A DNA stretch of 64,000 nt from NCBI GenBank assembly GCA_963662435.1, contig OY759598.1, positions 2,574,507 to 2,638,506 of the forward strand. Reading direction: 5' to 3'. The notes under the pieces are model-generated. The model did no database searches. It worked only from the letters and a program-made list of their open reading frames with translations, and was not told where the DNA came from. This document shows positions 49,883 to 58,522 of the stretch, piece after piece. The translations under genes were made by a program, and so were the position numbers. The stretch's first letter is position 1. Every line of letters begins with the position of its first letter. This stretch comes from Dehalococcoidia bacterium. Its GTDB lineage: Bacteria; Chloroflexota; Dehalococcoidia; Lucifugimonadales; VXLM01.

Positions 49883-50004
49883 GAAACTATCTCAAGATCC
49901 TCTTCTATAAATTCTGAACAGATAAACCGAAGTGGAGAACACGTTCGCCCTGAGCCTGTCGAAGGGCAAATCCACAACAAAGGCGAGAGTTCTGAGATAG
50001 TTTC
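49883..50004. repeat. MITE-like element enclosing a REP family A copy
   Basis: 12-bp IR GAAACTATCTCA / TGAGATAGTTTC around CGTTCGCCCTGAGCCTGTCGAAGGGC (49942-49967). Confidence 0.7.
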
Positions 50005-50018
50005 GTCCTGCTTCTCCC

Positions 50019-50060
50019 CCTAGCACCTAACACCCAGAACCTAGCACCCAGAACCCCGGA
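50019..50060 (+). repeat. Heptamer tandem repeat (6 units)
   Basis: CCTAGCA CCTAACA CCCAGAA CCTAGCA CCCAGAA CCCCGGA. Confidence 0.65.
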
Positions 50061-50068
50061 GCCCCTCC

Positions 50069-51415
50069 ATGACCGAACCCTACGAACTGACCATCGCCCA
50101 AGCCGCGGCCGAGATACGGCGAGGCGGCCTATCGCCCGTCGATCTGATGGACTCGCTCCTCAAGCGCAGCAGCACCCTCGATCCTCAACTCAGCGTCTGG
50201 GTAAACCTCGACGAGGACGCAGCCCGCGCTGCCGCCGCCGAGAGCGCACGCCAATTGGCCGATGGCGAAGACATCGGCCCTCTGCACGGCATCCCCTTCG
50301 GCGTCAAGGACATTTACTACACCAAGGACGTCGAGACGACCGGGTGCTCCAAGGTCTACGCGGGATTCGTGCCCGACTACGACTCCACCACCGTCGCGCT
50401 CCTCAAGCAGGCGGGCGGCATTATGCTCGGCAAGACCGTCACCACCGAGTTCGCCATGTTCGAGCCCCCGCCGACCAAGAACCCCTGGAACTTCGACCGC
50501 ACCCCCGGCGGATCGAGCAGCGGCTCGGCCGCAGGCACCGCCGCGCAGATGTTCCCGATGGCCCTCGGCTCGCAGACCGCCGGGTCCGTCCTGCGACCCG
50601 CCTCGTACACCGGCGTCGTCGGCATCAAGCCCACGATGGGACTCGTCAGCCGCTACGGAGTCATGCCCGTCGCGTGGTCACTCGATACCATGGGCTGGTT
50701 CACCCGCACGGTCGAGGACGCCGCAATCGTCCTCAACGTACTCGCCCAACACGATCCCAACGACGACATCTCGCTCACCACGCCGGCGACCGACTACACG
50801 GCCTCTCTGAACGCCGTCACTCCCCCGAAGATCGGCTACATGTATCAATACTTCGTAGAGGAAGCCCATCTGGAAGTGCAGGACAACGTAGACCATGCCG
50901 TCGCCAGGCTCATTGAGGCGGGCGCGTCAGTCGAGGAAGTCCGCATCCCCATCGACATGCACGCAGGGCGCGCGGCTCACAACGTCGTGCAGAACTCGGA
51001 AGCCGCAGACTCCCACAAGGACGACTTCGCGGCCCACGCCGACAAGTACATGCCCACTACGAGAGGCGTAGTCGAGACAGGCATGGCCATTCCTGCAACG
51101 GAGTACATCCAGGCCCAGGCCCTCCGTCGTGACCTCCGACGCGAGCTCTCGCAGGCCATCGAACGCTACGACGCAATCCTCACGCCTTCCACACTCGAAC
51201 CCGCGCCCGACACATCAAGCACCGGCAACCCCGCGTGCCAGTGGCCATGGACGACCGTCGGCTTCCCAGCCATCTCCATTCCGTCCGGCCTCAGCAGCGA
51301 CGGTCTCCCACTCGGCGTCCAGCTGGCCTCCGCCCCCCTCGACGAGCAAACCCTGCTGGGAGTCGCCTCCTGGTGCGAGCAGGTCCTCGACGTACACCTC
51401 ACCCCGCCCATGTGA
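50069..51415 (+). CDS. Amidase signature family enzyme
   Basis: LHGIPFGVKD, GKTVTTEFA, PGGSSSGSAA, GSQTAGSVLRPA. Confidence 0.93.
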   Translation: MTEPYELTIAQAAAEIRRGGLSPVDLMDSLLKRSSTLDPQLSVWVNLDEDAARAAAAESARQLADGEDIGPLHGIPFGVKDIYYTKDVETTGCSKVYAGFVPDYDSTTVALLKQAGGIMLGKTVTTEFAMFEPPPTKNPWNFDRTPGGSSSGSAAGTAAQMFPMALGSQTAGSVLRPASYTGVVGIKPTMGLVSRYGVMPVAWSLDTMGWFTRTVEDAAIVLNVLAQHDPNDDISLTTPATDYTASLNAVTPPKIGYMYQYFVEEAHLEVQDNVDHAVARLIEAGASVEEVRIPIDMHAGRAAHNVVQNSEAADSHKDDFAAHADKYMPTTRGVVETGMAIPATEYIQAQALRRDLRRELSQAIERYDAILTPSTLEPAPDTSSTGNPACQWPWTTVGFPAISIPSGLSSDGLPLGVQLASAPLDEQTLLGVASWCEQVLDVHLTPPM

Positions 51416-51427
51416 GGTCCCCCCCAA

Positions 51428-52513
51428 ATGATCGTCGACTCCCACGCGCACATCTTCCCTCCCATGGGCGGCCCATCCGGCCACCCCTCCGCTGCCGAGC
51501 ACCTGCGCTACGTCCAGCACACGATCATGACCCACCACCAGCCCGTCCGCCGCGTCTCCGACTACGCCGCCGTCGCCCACCAGACCCTCTACGACGGCGA
51601 GGACGTGGCACTCGACGCCATGTACAACGTCGACTTCCGCAGCGGAGGACACGGCAAGTTCGTATGGACATACGACGGTGTCGACTACCTAAAGCAGTAC
51701 CTCCCGCCGTCGATGCGAGACCTGGAGTCCACGCCGGAGTACATCATCGCCCAGATGGACTACGCCGGCGTCGATCGCGCCGTGATCCAGAGCGGCCACC
51801 TCTACGGACGCCTGAACGACTACATAGCCGAGGCGGTCCGGCGCTACCCCGATCGATTCTGGGGCCTCACCCTTGTGGACGAATGGAAGATCGACAACCC
51901 CTCCGAGGTCCGCTCATTCGATATGGCTATCGATGAGTACGGCCTCCATGCCCTCTGGTTCAACACCGGCTCGCTCGAGATGCACCGCCGCAACACTCCC
52001 GTCGACGATCCCGTATTCTTCCCGTTCTGGGAGCGTGTTCGCGAGCACGGCGTCCCCGTCTTCTGGAATGTCACGACTGCCGTGCGCGGGCAGGACTCCT
52101 ACCTTGCCCAACTCACGGCCTTCAAGCGCTGGCTGGACATCTACCCAGACATCCCCTGCGTCCTCACCCACGGCCTGACCGTCGCGAGGTTCATGGAAGA
52201 TGGCCTTACAAAAGTCCCACAAGCCGCGTGGGACGCCATCGACGCCCCAAACGTCATATCCGAGCTCCTCTTCCCCATCTTCCAGGGCGCCGTCTTCGAC
52301 TTCCCCTATCGCGAGATGCAACCCGTCATCCGGGAATACTACGAGAGACTAGGCCCCAAGCGCCTCTGCTGGGGCTCCGACCTCCCCAACGTCGAGCGCC
52401 ACGCCACCTACCGCCAAAGTCTCGCCTACCTCCGCGACTACTGCGACTTCATCCCCCAACACGACATGAACGCCATCCTCGGCGGAAACATCGCCGCCCT
52501 CTTCGACGTCTAG
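51428..52513 (+). CDS. Amidohydrolase family protein
   Basis: VDSHAH, YPDRF, LTHG, LCWGSDLP, ILGGN. Confidence 0.88.
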   Translation: MIVDSHAHIFPPMGGPSGHPSAAEHLRYVQHTIMTHHQPVRRVSDYAAVAHQTLYDGEDVALDAMYNVDFRSGGHGKFVWTYDGVDYLKQYLPPSMRDLESTPEYIIAQMDYAGVDRAVIQSGHLYGRLNDYIAEAVRRYPDRFWGLTLVDEWKIDNPSEVRSFDMAIDEYGLHALWFNTGSLEMHRRNTPVDDPVFFPFWERVREHGVPVFWNVTTAVRGQDSYLAQLTAFKRWLDIYPDIPCVLTHGLTVARFMEDGLTKVPQAAWDAIDAPNVISELLFPIFQGAVFDFPYREMQPVIREYYERLGPKRLCWGSDLPNVERHATYRQSLAYLRDYCDFIPQHDMNAILGGNIAALFDV

Positions 52514-52536
52514 TCTGCCGAGACTCAGCATTCTCT

Positions 52537-52829
52537 CCATTCACCCTGAGCATCGTTACGCCCCGCGCCGGGGCCGTGCCGAGGTGTCAGTAACGGGGGA
52601 CGCAGGTAAGAGAAAGTACGTTCGGCCTGAGCCTGTCGAAGGCTGAAGATGGCCGTGCATCGTCGCTGAAATGAAGCAGTTACTTGAAAGCATCGTTACG
52701 CCCCGCGTTTAGGACTATGCCGGGGTGTCAGTAATTGCCATGCAATCACCCTTAATCTCTCCTCCGCCGAGGGAGAGATGCAGAGAGGGGGTTCCCGCAG
52801 TTACTTGAAAGCCTGTCGAAGGGTCGAAC
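52537..52829 (+). mobile_element. REP family A interrupted by two tandem non-autonomous cassettes (52552-52691 and 52692-52812)
   Basis: Shared left arm ATCGTTACGCCCCGCG...GGTGTCAGTAA and right arm GCAGTTACTTGAAAGC; removing them restores TTCACCCTGAGC/CTGTCGAAGGG. Confidence 0.75.
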
Positions 52830-52840
52830 CCACTCCCCTT

Positions 52841-52869
52841 TTGACCAACAAGAACACATGCTCTACCCT
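52841..52869 (+). promoter_or_regulatory. Sigma70 promoter with LexA-box-like operator
   Basis: TTGACC-17 bp-TACCCT with AGAAC-ACAT-GCTCT in the spacer; twin at 59989. Confidence 0.5.
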
Positions 52870-53140
52870 TGACGTGAGGCCTGGACGGCATGGTTCTGAA
52901 TCGACCGGAAGCACAATAACGCGCGAGAAGGAATGAGAACCGGGAAAAATCATCACGGGAAAGAGATTCTCAAAATGTCTCACGACCGCATCATCTACCG
53001 TGAGCGCAACACCGATGCAGCTTCAAAATACCCCGTCAGAACGCGCAAAGTGGAGCGAGACAAACTGAGAATGAGTGAAATCTCGGAATTTCTGAGGCCT
53101 TCTCAAACCGTCTCACATTCTCAAAATGTCTCACCGGAGA

Positions 53141-53169
53141 CCGTTCACCCTGAGCTTGTCGAAGGGTCG
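53141..53169. repeat. REP family A
   Basis: CCGTTCACCCTGAGCTTGTCGAAGGGTCG. Confidence 0.75.
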
Positions 53170-53223
53170 ATCACAATACAATCAGCTAAGCACGATTGGT
53201 TGCGATGCCCATTTGGACACTCC

Positions 53224-54231
53224 CTACGTCTCCAGCCATTCGGGCGTGAACCGGCAGAGAATCATCCGCCCGCCTTGGTCGGCCTCGTGGAAGCACAGGG
53301 TATGCCCGTCGATGACCGCGAGATCCGAGTACGACGCGAGACCCTCGTGCAGCACCTTCGATACCGGCCACGTACGGCACTCGTCGTAGCTCATCCTGAC
53401 CGTCAGATGAGTCCGCACTTCGGTATTCGCCGGATGCGACAGGAGCACCCGGCTCTCGTCGAGCCGGACGATGCCCCCTTGGCACGAAGGCTCCGGCAAA
53501 TTCGGATCATACTCGACCGTCGTCCACGTCTCGCCGCCATCTGCACTTCGGGCGAAGGCGCGGCGCTTGATTCCGTGCCTGCTTCGCATATTCATGTACA
53601 CCGTGCCGTCAAGCAGCTCAACCGCCTCGCACTCGTCCGATGCGTCCCTTGTCATCTCCTCCCCACGCTCCCAACTCTTGCCGCCGTCGTCGCTGAAGAA
53701 GGCGAACGACGATTGGACCTGGTTCCACACGGGAGGTGGATCTCTCCACGTCGCCGGCCCCGGACTGCCGTCCGACCAGCAGGGAATCAGCAGCCGTCCG
53801 CTCGTGAGCTGAATTCCGTGACCCGGCCCCGTCCCAAGGTACGGCCACGACGGGTCCTTCACGCTATCCGTAATCTCCTCCGGCTCGCTCCACGTCAGCC
53901 CGTCATCCTCGCTCCGCGTGACGAACACCTCCTGGTTGTCCTTGCAAAATGTCAGGATGACCATACCCGTCCGACGGTCGACAACCGGACAGGGATTGCC
54001 GCACGTCCGGTCCCCGTCCGAGACGACCATCTGCCGCTCCCCCCACGTCCGCCCGCCGTCCGTGCTGCGCCTTACGAAAATATCGATCTCGTCATCGTCC
54101 TGTCCGGTGTGACGACGCGCCTCGCAGAACGCCAGAACGGTGCCCTCTACGGTAACGACCAGCGCGGGTATGCGGTACTTCCTGTACCCTCCGGACTCCG
54201 AGACGAACAGTTCCGTTCTCTCCATATCCAT
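53224..54231 (-). CDS. Sialidase family (GH33-like) BNR-repeat hydrolase, no signal peptide
   Basis: YRIP motif; Asp boxes STDGGRTW, SEDDGLTW, SDDGGKSW, SADGGETW, SYDECRTW; GGAGG SD. Confidence 0.88.
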   Translation of the reverse strand: MDMERTELFVSESGGYRKYRIPALVVTVEGTVLAFCEARRHTGQDDDEIDIFVRRSTDGGRTWGERQMVVSDGDRTCGNPCPVVDRRTGMVILTFCKDNQEVFVTRSEDDGLTWSEPEEITDSVKDPSWPYLGTGPGHGIQLTSGRLLIPCWSDGSPGPATWRDPPPVWNQVQSSFAFFSDDGGKSWERGEEMTRDASDECEAVELLDGTVYMNMRSRHGIKRRAFARSADGGETWTTVEYDPNLPEPSCQGGIVRLDESRVLLSHPANTEVRTHLTVRMSYDECRTWPVSKVLHEGLASYSDLAVIDGHTLCFHEADQGGRMILCRFTPEWLET

Positions 54232-54584
54232 GCCTCCCCCGCCGGTCTGTGGCCTCCATCAGGCTTGCAAAGCTATCACATCACACCGGTCTCCCATCCC
54301 ATTGCCCTTCCTACCTCTATCGGACAAGCCTGTTCAACTTGACAATAACGAGGAAAATGTCACAGAATGCCACATGACGTCACAATTTTCCGGCTTTTCT
54401 CTCGTGCTTGCCTCGACGTTGCAGACTCCCCATCGACTCACTCATGTGCCACCCTTGACGGACCTATCGCTGAATGCGATTGCCTTGGCCAACATCCCTC
54501 ATATACTGTTCGTGGAGTCCCCTCTGGCGTACACTGGAAGCACAGTTCGGCGCTACGGGTTCCCCGCCGGACGGGAGCTTGAGC

Positions 54585-55493
54585 ATGAGATTCACAGCCT
54601 ACTGGAACGGAGAGTGGGTGCCGAGCGAGGATATCCGCATAGATCCCCTCGACCGCGGGTTCATGGTCGCCGACGCCACGTTCGAGGCTACGCGGACATT
54701 CAACGGCAAAATCTACCACCTGGGCGACCACATCCGGCGGCTCTACCGCTCCCTCGACTACATCCGCCTCGACCCGGGCCTGACGGAAGACGAGATGGCC
54801 GAACTGACCAACGAGGCCGTCGAGCGCAACCTCGATAAGCTGGACGCCGTCGGCGACCTGCACATCCACCACTTCGTGACACGAGGAAAGGGTCGCCGCG
54901 CTTGGTCTGCCGACGGGGCGCAGGTCGGCATCCGCGTCTCCGGCCTCGACTTCGCCGGCTACTACGAGGCCTACGACGGCCTGAAGGCCGTGATAACCCG
55001 AACGCAGTCGTACCACCACGAGGCGCTCGATCCCAAGATAAAACACTACAGCCGCATGAACTTCAACCTCGCGGAGCTGGAGGCCAACGAAGCCGACGCC
55101 GAAGCGCTTCCAATCCTCCGCGATCGCGACGGCTGCATCACCGAGGGCTCGTCTTACAACGTCTTCATCGTCACCGAGGGCGTCGTAAGGACTGCCACCA
55201 CTCGCACCGCTCTCAAGGGCGTGTCGAGGAAGGTTGTTCTCGGCCTCACCTCGCAGCTCGATATCGAGTCGCGCATAGAGGACATCCAGTCCTACGACGT
55301 GCTGAACGCCGACGAATGCTTCTTTACGAGCACCTCGTGGTGCATGGTGCCCGTCACCACGGTCGACAAACGCCCGGTTGGAGACGGAAGGATAGGCCCC
55401 GTGACCCAGCAGCTGCTCGCCGCATGGAGCGAAAACGTCGGCCTCGACATTGTCGATCAGGCCGTCCGCTACGGCACCAATGCCGCTACGTAA
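54585..55493 (+). CDS. Class IV PLP aminotransferase (IlvE/Dat/PabC-like)
   Basis: DRGF...FEATR, PKIK, ITEGSSYNVF, LKGVSR, ADECFFTST. Confidence 0.9.
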   Translation: MRFTAYWNGEWVPSEDIRIDPLDRGFMVADATFEATRTFNGKIYHLGDHIRRLYRSLDYIRLDPGLTEDEMAELTNEAVERNLDKLDAVGDLHIHHFVTRGKGRRAWSADGAQVGIRVSGLDFAGYYEAYDGLKAVITRTQSYHHEALDPKIKHYSRMNFNLAELEANEADAEALPILRDRDGCITEGSSYNVFIVTEGVVRTATTRTALKGVSRKVVLGLTSQLDIESRIEDIQSYDVLNADECFFTSTSWCMVPVTTVDKRPVGDGRIGPVTQQLLAAWSENVGLDIVDQAVRYGTNAAT

Positions 55494-55522
55494 ACTGCCG
55501 CCGATTTAGTATCCAAGGTACC

Positions 55523-55550
55523 CGTCATACCGGCGAAGGCCGGTATCCAG
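55523..55550. repeat. REP family B palindrome
   Basis: CGTCATACCGGCGAAGGCCGGTATCCAG. Confidence 0.75.
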
Positions 55551-55591
55551 AGGGGTGGGGGCTTGGGTCGAGCGGTGCAGGCGTCCGCAGT

Positions 55592-55816
55592 TCACTCCAC
55601 CTTCCGCACAATCGTGTCGAGCCCGCCCTTGAGGTCGGCGTACCGCACCTGGTCCGGCGCAATGACAACCGTGCCCTCCCGGTAACCGACGTCGGTCTCC
55701 ACCTCCACTCTGTCCCCTACGGAAACCACCACATTCCCCGGGGCGAAGAAGTACACCCTCCCTGACGGTGTGAAGCGTACCCCGACGATCTCCCCCTGCT
55801 TGCGGCGTTCTTCCAT
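55592..55816 (-). CDS. Short protein matching only the N-terminal part of PSP1/YaaT(RicT)
   Basis: IVGVRF..SGRVYFF.PG.....GD.V.VET..G...GTV; located downstream of holB as yaaT usually is. Confidence 0.7.
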   Translation of the reverse strand: MEERRKQGEIVGVRFTPSGRVYFFAPGNVVVSVGDRVEVETDVGYREGTVVIAPDQVRYADLKGGLDTIVRKVE

Positions 55817-55891
55817 AATCTTCCAATCACCTTCTGGCCCGGTTCGCACCGTTCCCATTTGAACCTCACAGTCGAGTTGAGAGGCGCTAAT

Positions 55892-55927
55892 CCCCTCTCC
55901 CGTCGTGGGAGAGGGCTAGGGTGAGGG
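55892..55927. repeat. REP family C palindrome
   Basis: CCCCTCTCCCGTCGTGGGAGAGGGCTAGGGTGAGGG; related to 52757-52790. Confidence 0.65.
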
Positions 55928-55997
55928 CCCTTTTGAGTAAACTGCTAAATGTCGTGTGAACCAGGCGATACCAAAGTTCGACTCCTCATACGAGCCA

Positions 55998-57044
55998 TCA
56001 CCGGATGCGCGGAATGGCCAGCATCATGTTGTCCAGAGTCAACCTTGCGTTGGCATTCCGGTCGAGACGCCGCACCGTCTCCTCCACTGCGGAGACCGCC
56101 TTGGCGACCTCTTCCACGGTAACCTTGGCCGCTCCCTCTTGAAAAGCATCCAGACTGGCAAGGTGCTTCACGTACCGAGGGAGACCCGCCTTCACGATCA
56201 TCATGTCCCTCCACCACTCCAGCCAAACGGCAAGTTCGTCCCTCACGGCATCACGGTCGCGACTGAAGGCCCGCGCCAGCTTTTCGGCGTAGTCGAACCG
56301 CGCTTCCAGACCGGCGCGCACGACGGTCTCGACCGTGGTGACCTTCTCCTCGATCTCCTCCAACACGGAAGGGTCTCCGATGGTGCTGATGGCCCACCCT
56401 ATCCGACCCTCGGAGAGACGCGCGATCTCCTCGGCAGCCTCCTCCTCAGCGCCATGTTCCGACCTCAGGTGTTCGGCAATCACCGACTGCTGGACGGGAC
56501 GCAGTTTGTACGTCTGGCACCTCGATGAGATAGTGGGAAGCAACCGGTCGCTGTCGGCCGCGGCCAAAATGAAGATTACCTGGTCTGGTGGCTCCTCCAG
56601 GGTCTTGAGCAGCGCCGTCGCCGCCCCCTGGCTGAGGTATTCGGCGCGATCTATGATGAACACGCGGTACTTGCCTTCGGAGGGCCTCAGGCTCGCCTCG
56701 CGCTGAACATCCCTCACCTGATCGATGGAGATGAGCGTCTGCGTCCTTCCCCGCGAGTCCTCCCCCAGGCTCACAACTCGCACGTCAGTGTGCAGTCCTC
56801 TCGTGATCCGGTCGCAGGGGCCGCACGTGCCGCAGGGCTTCGGCTCCGTCTCGCCGAACATATTCGGCTGCTCGTCCGAAACGCAATTCACCGACCGCGC
56901 GATATCCATGGCGAGGGTCATCTTGCCGACTTGCGGCGGACCGGCTATCAGGTAGGCGTGAGCGATCGCCTCGTTGACGATGGCGCGAGTAAGCGCCTTC
57001 ACAGCCTTGTCGTGTCCTACCGTACGGAACACTGCTTGAACCAC
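55998..57044 (-). CDS. holB: DNA polymerase III subunit delta'
   Basis: HAYLIAGPPQVGK, CGTCGPC, ALLKTLEEPP, LLPTISSRC. Confidence 0.93.
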   Translation of the reverse strand: MVQAVFRTVGHDKAVKALTRAIVNEAIAHAYLIAGPPQVGKMTLAMDIARSVNCVSDEQPNMFGETEPKPCGTCGPCDRITRGLHTDVRVVSLGEDSRGRTQTLISIDQVRDVQREASLRPSEGKYRVFIIDRAEYLSQGAATALLKTLEEPPDQVIFILAAADSDRLLPTISSRCQTYKLRPVQQSVIAEHLRSEHGAEEEAAEEIARLSEGRIGWAISTIGDPSVLEEIEEKVTTVETVVRAGLEARFDYAEKLARAFSRDRDAVRDELAVWLEWWRDMMIVKAGLPRYVKHLASLDAFQEGAAKVTVEEVAKAVSAVEETVRRLDRNANARLTLDNMMLAIPRIR

Positions 57045-57158
57045 TCCCCAGACTTGCGCTAGGCGGTCGACCAGATTCGGGCCGGAATACGCGGGGATGC
57101 CCCCTGCCTACGCCGCCGTTGTATACTATCGCACACTCCAACTCCTTGAGGGTATTCG

Positions 57159-58262
57159 ATGGACCGCTATGCACCTTTGCCGGGGACCCCTATCGAGCAG
57201 ATCGACACCCCATGTCTAATCGTCGACATGGACGCCTACGAGAGCAACCTCCGGGTGGCGGCCGACACCTACCGTGACACGACCACCAAGATGCGCGCGC
57301 ACACCAAGAACCTCAAGAGCCCCTTTCTCGCGCAAATGCAGATCGACATTGGAGGCACGGTCGGCGGCGTCTGCTGTGCAAAGGTCTCCGAAGCGGAGGT
57401 AATGGTCCAAAACGGAATAGATGACATCCTAATCCCAAACCAGGTCGTCACCGACGATAAGCTGGTGCGACTCTGCGGACTCGCCCGTCGAGGTGACATC
57501 AAGGTCTGCGTGGACAACCCTGACAACGTACGTGCCATATCCCGCATGGCCGAAGCCACCGACACCAACATCGGTATACTCGTCGAGGTGGACACTTCCA
57601 TGGGGCGCGCTGGTGTGCGCCATCCGCAGCAGGGTGTCGAGATCGCCAAGCTCACCAACGACCTGCCTAACGTTCGTTTCATGGGCGTCATGAGCCACCA
57701 GCACGTGGAGGGCTCGCCTACGGTCGAGGAGTACACCGAGTCAGGCACACGACACATCGGCATGTGCCTCGCCGTCAAGGACGCCATCGAGGCCGAGGGC
57801 ATCGAGGTCGAGATGGTCTCCAGCGGCGAAACTTTTTCGTATAAGCTGGCCACCGAGATTCCGGGCGTCACTGAGGTCGAGGGTGGCACCTACGCCCTCA
57901 TGGACACGATGCTCGAGTTCATGTCCGAGTTCAAGTTCGCTGCCAGGCTCGTGACCACCGTGATCAGCACTCCCCGGCCCGGCGTGGCGGTCACGGATAT
58001 CGGTGTGCGCCACCTGTGCATGATAAACGGCATGTTCGGCCCCTCCGTCGAGGGCATGCCGGGCGTCGAGGTCGCCGAGGTCACCGACGAACACCTCGTA
58101 CTCCAAAGTGACGGTCGCACGTCACTGGAGGTCGGCGACACGGTCACCCTCATACCCGGCTACTCTGATGGTTTGGTCAACCGCTGGGACCGCTTCGTAG
58201 CAGTCCGAAACGGCAACGTCGAAGGCACGTGGGACTTCCCCGGCCGAGGCTGCTTCCACTAG
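57159..58262 (+). CDS. PLP-dependent D-threonine aldolase/DSD1 family enzyme
   Basis: IDTPCLIVD, RAHTK, AKVSEAE, EVDTSMGRAG, GTYALMD, EHL. Confidence 0.88.
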   Translation: MDRYAPLPGTPIEQIDTPCLIVDMDAYESNLRVAADTYRDTTTKMRAHTKNLKSPFLAQMQIDIGGTVGGVCCAKVSEAEVMVQNGIDDILIPNQVVTDDKLVRLCGLARRGDIKVCVDNPDNVRAISRMAEATDTNIGILVEVDTSMGRAGVRHPQQGVEIAKLTNDLPNVRFMGVMSHQHVEGSPTVEEYTESGTRHIGMCLAVKDAIEAEGIEVEMVSSGETFSYKLATEIPGVTEVEGGTYALMDTMLEFMSEFKFAARLVTTVISTPRPGVAVTDIGVRHLCMINGMFGPSVEGMPGVEVAEVTDEHLVLQSDGRTSLEVGDTVTLIPGYSDGLVNRWDRFVAVRNGNVEGTWDFPGRGCFH

Positions 58263-58405
58263 GGCAACGCCTCTCTACTTCGAGGAAGTACTGCCCTACG
58301 AACGTTGCGCCGGCTGCATCCAGCCTGACGCCGTCCCATTCAACAAGAAGGGCTACCTGTTCAACCAGCCCCTGCCACATCCGGTGAGGGTGAGCTGAAC
58401 CAACA

Positions 58406-58501
58406 ATGAATAGACAAAGAACGCCTCGACATCAACCGCGCCGCGTGGGATGCCTACCAACCCGACTACATACAGTTCAACCTGAAGGAGCGGCCCGACT
58501 T
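58406..58501 (+). pseudogene. Frameshifted 5' remnant of the methyltransferase at 60155
   Basis: Aligns to 60155-60249 with 15 substitutions and 1 inserted base. Confidence 0.85.
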
Positions 58502-58522
58502 GTCAAAAGAGGCTATTTGGGG

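Noticed and set aside
52552..52812. CRISPR array (repeat ending TTGAAAG) or integron attC sites
   Set aside because: Only two units, cores 60-80 bp of unequal length containing REPs, no cas genes. The bottom strand has an R''/L''-like start (GCGTAAC..TTTCAAG) but no GTTRRRY at the expected distance and no integrase or cassette ORFs
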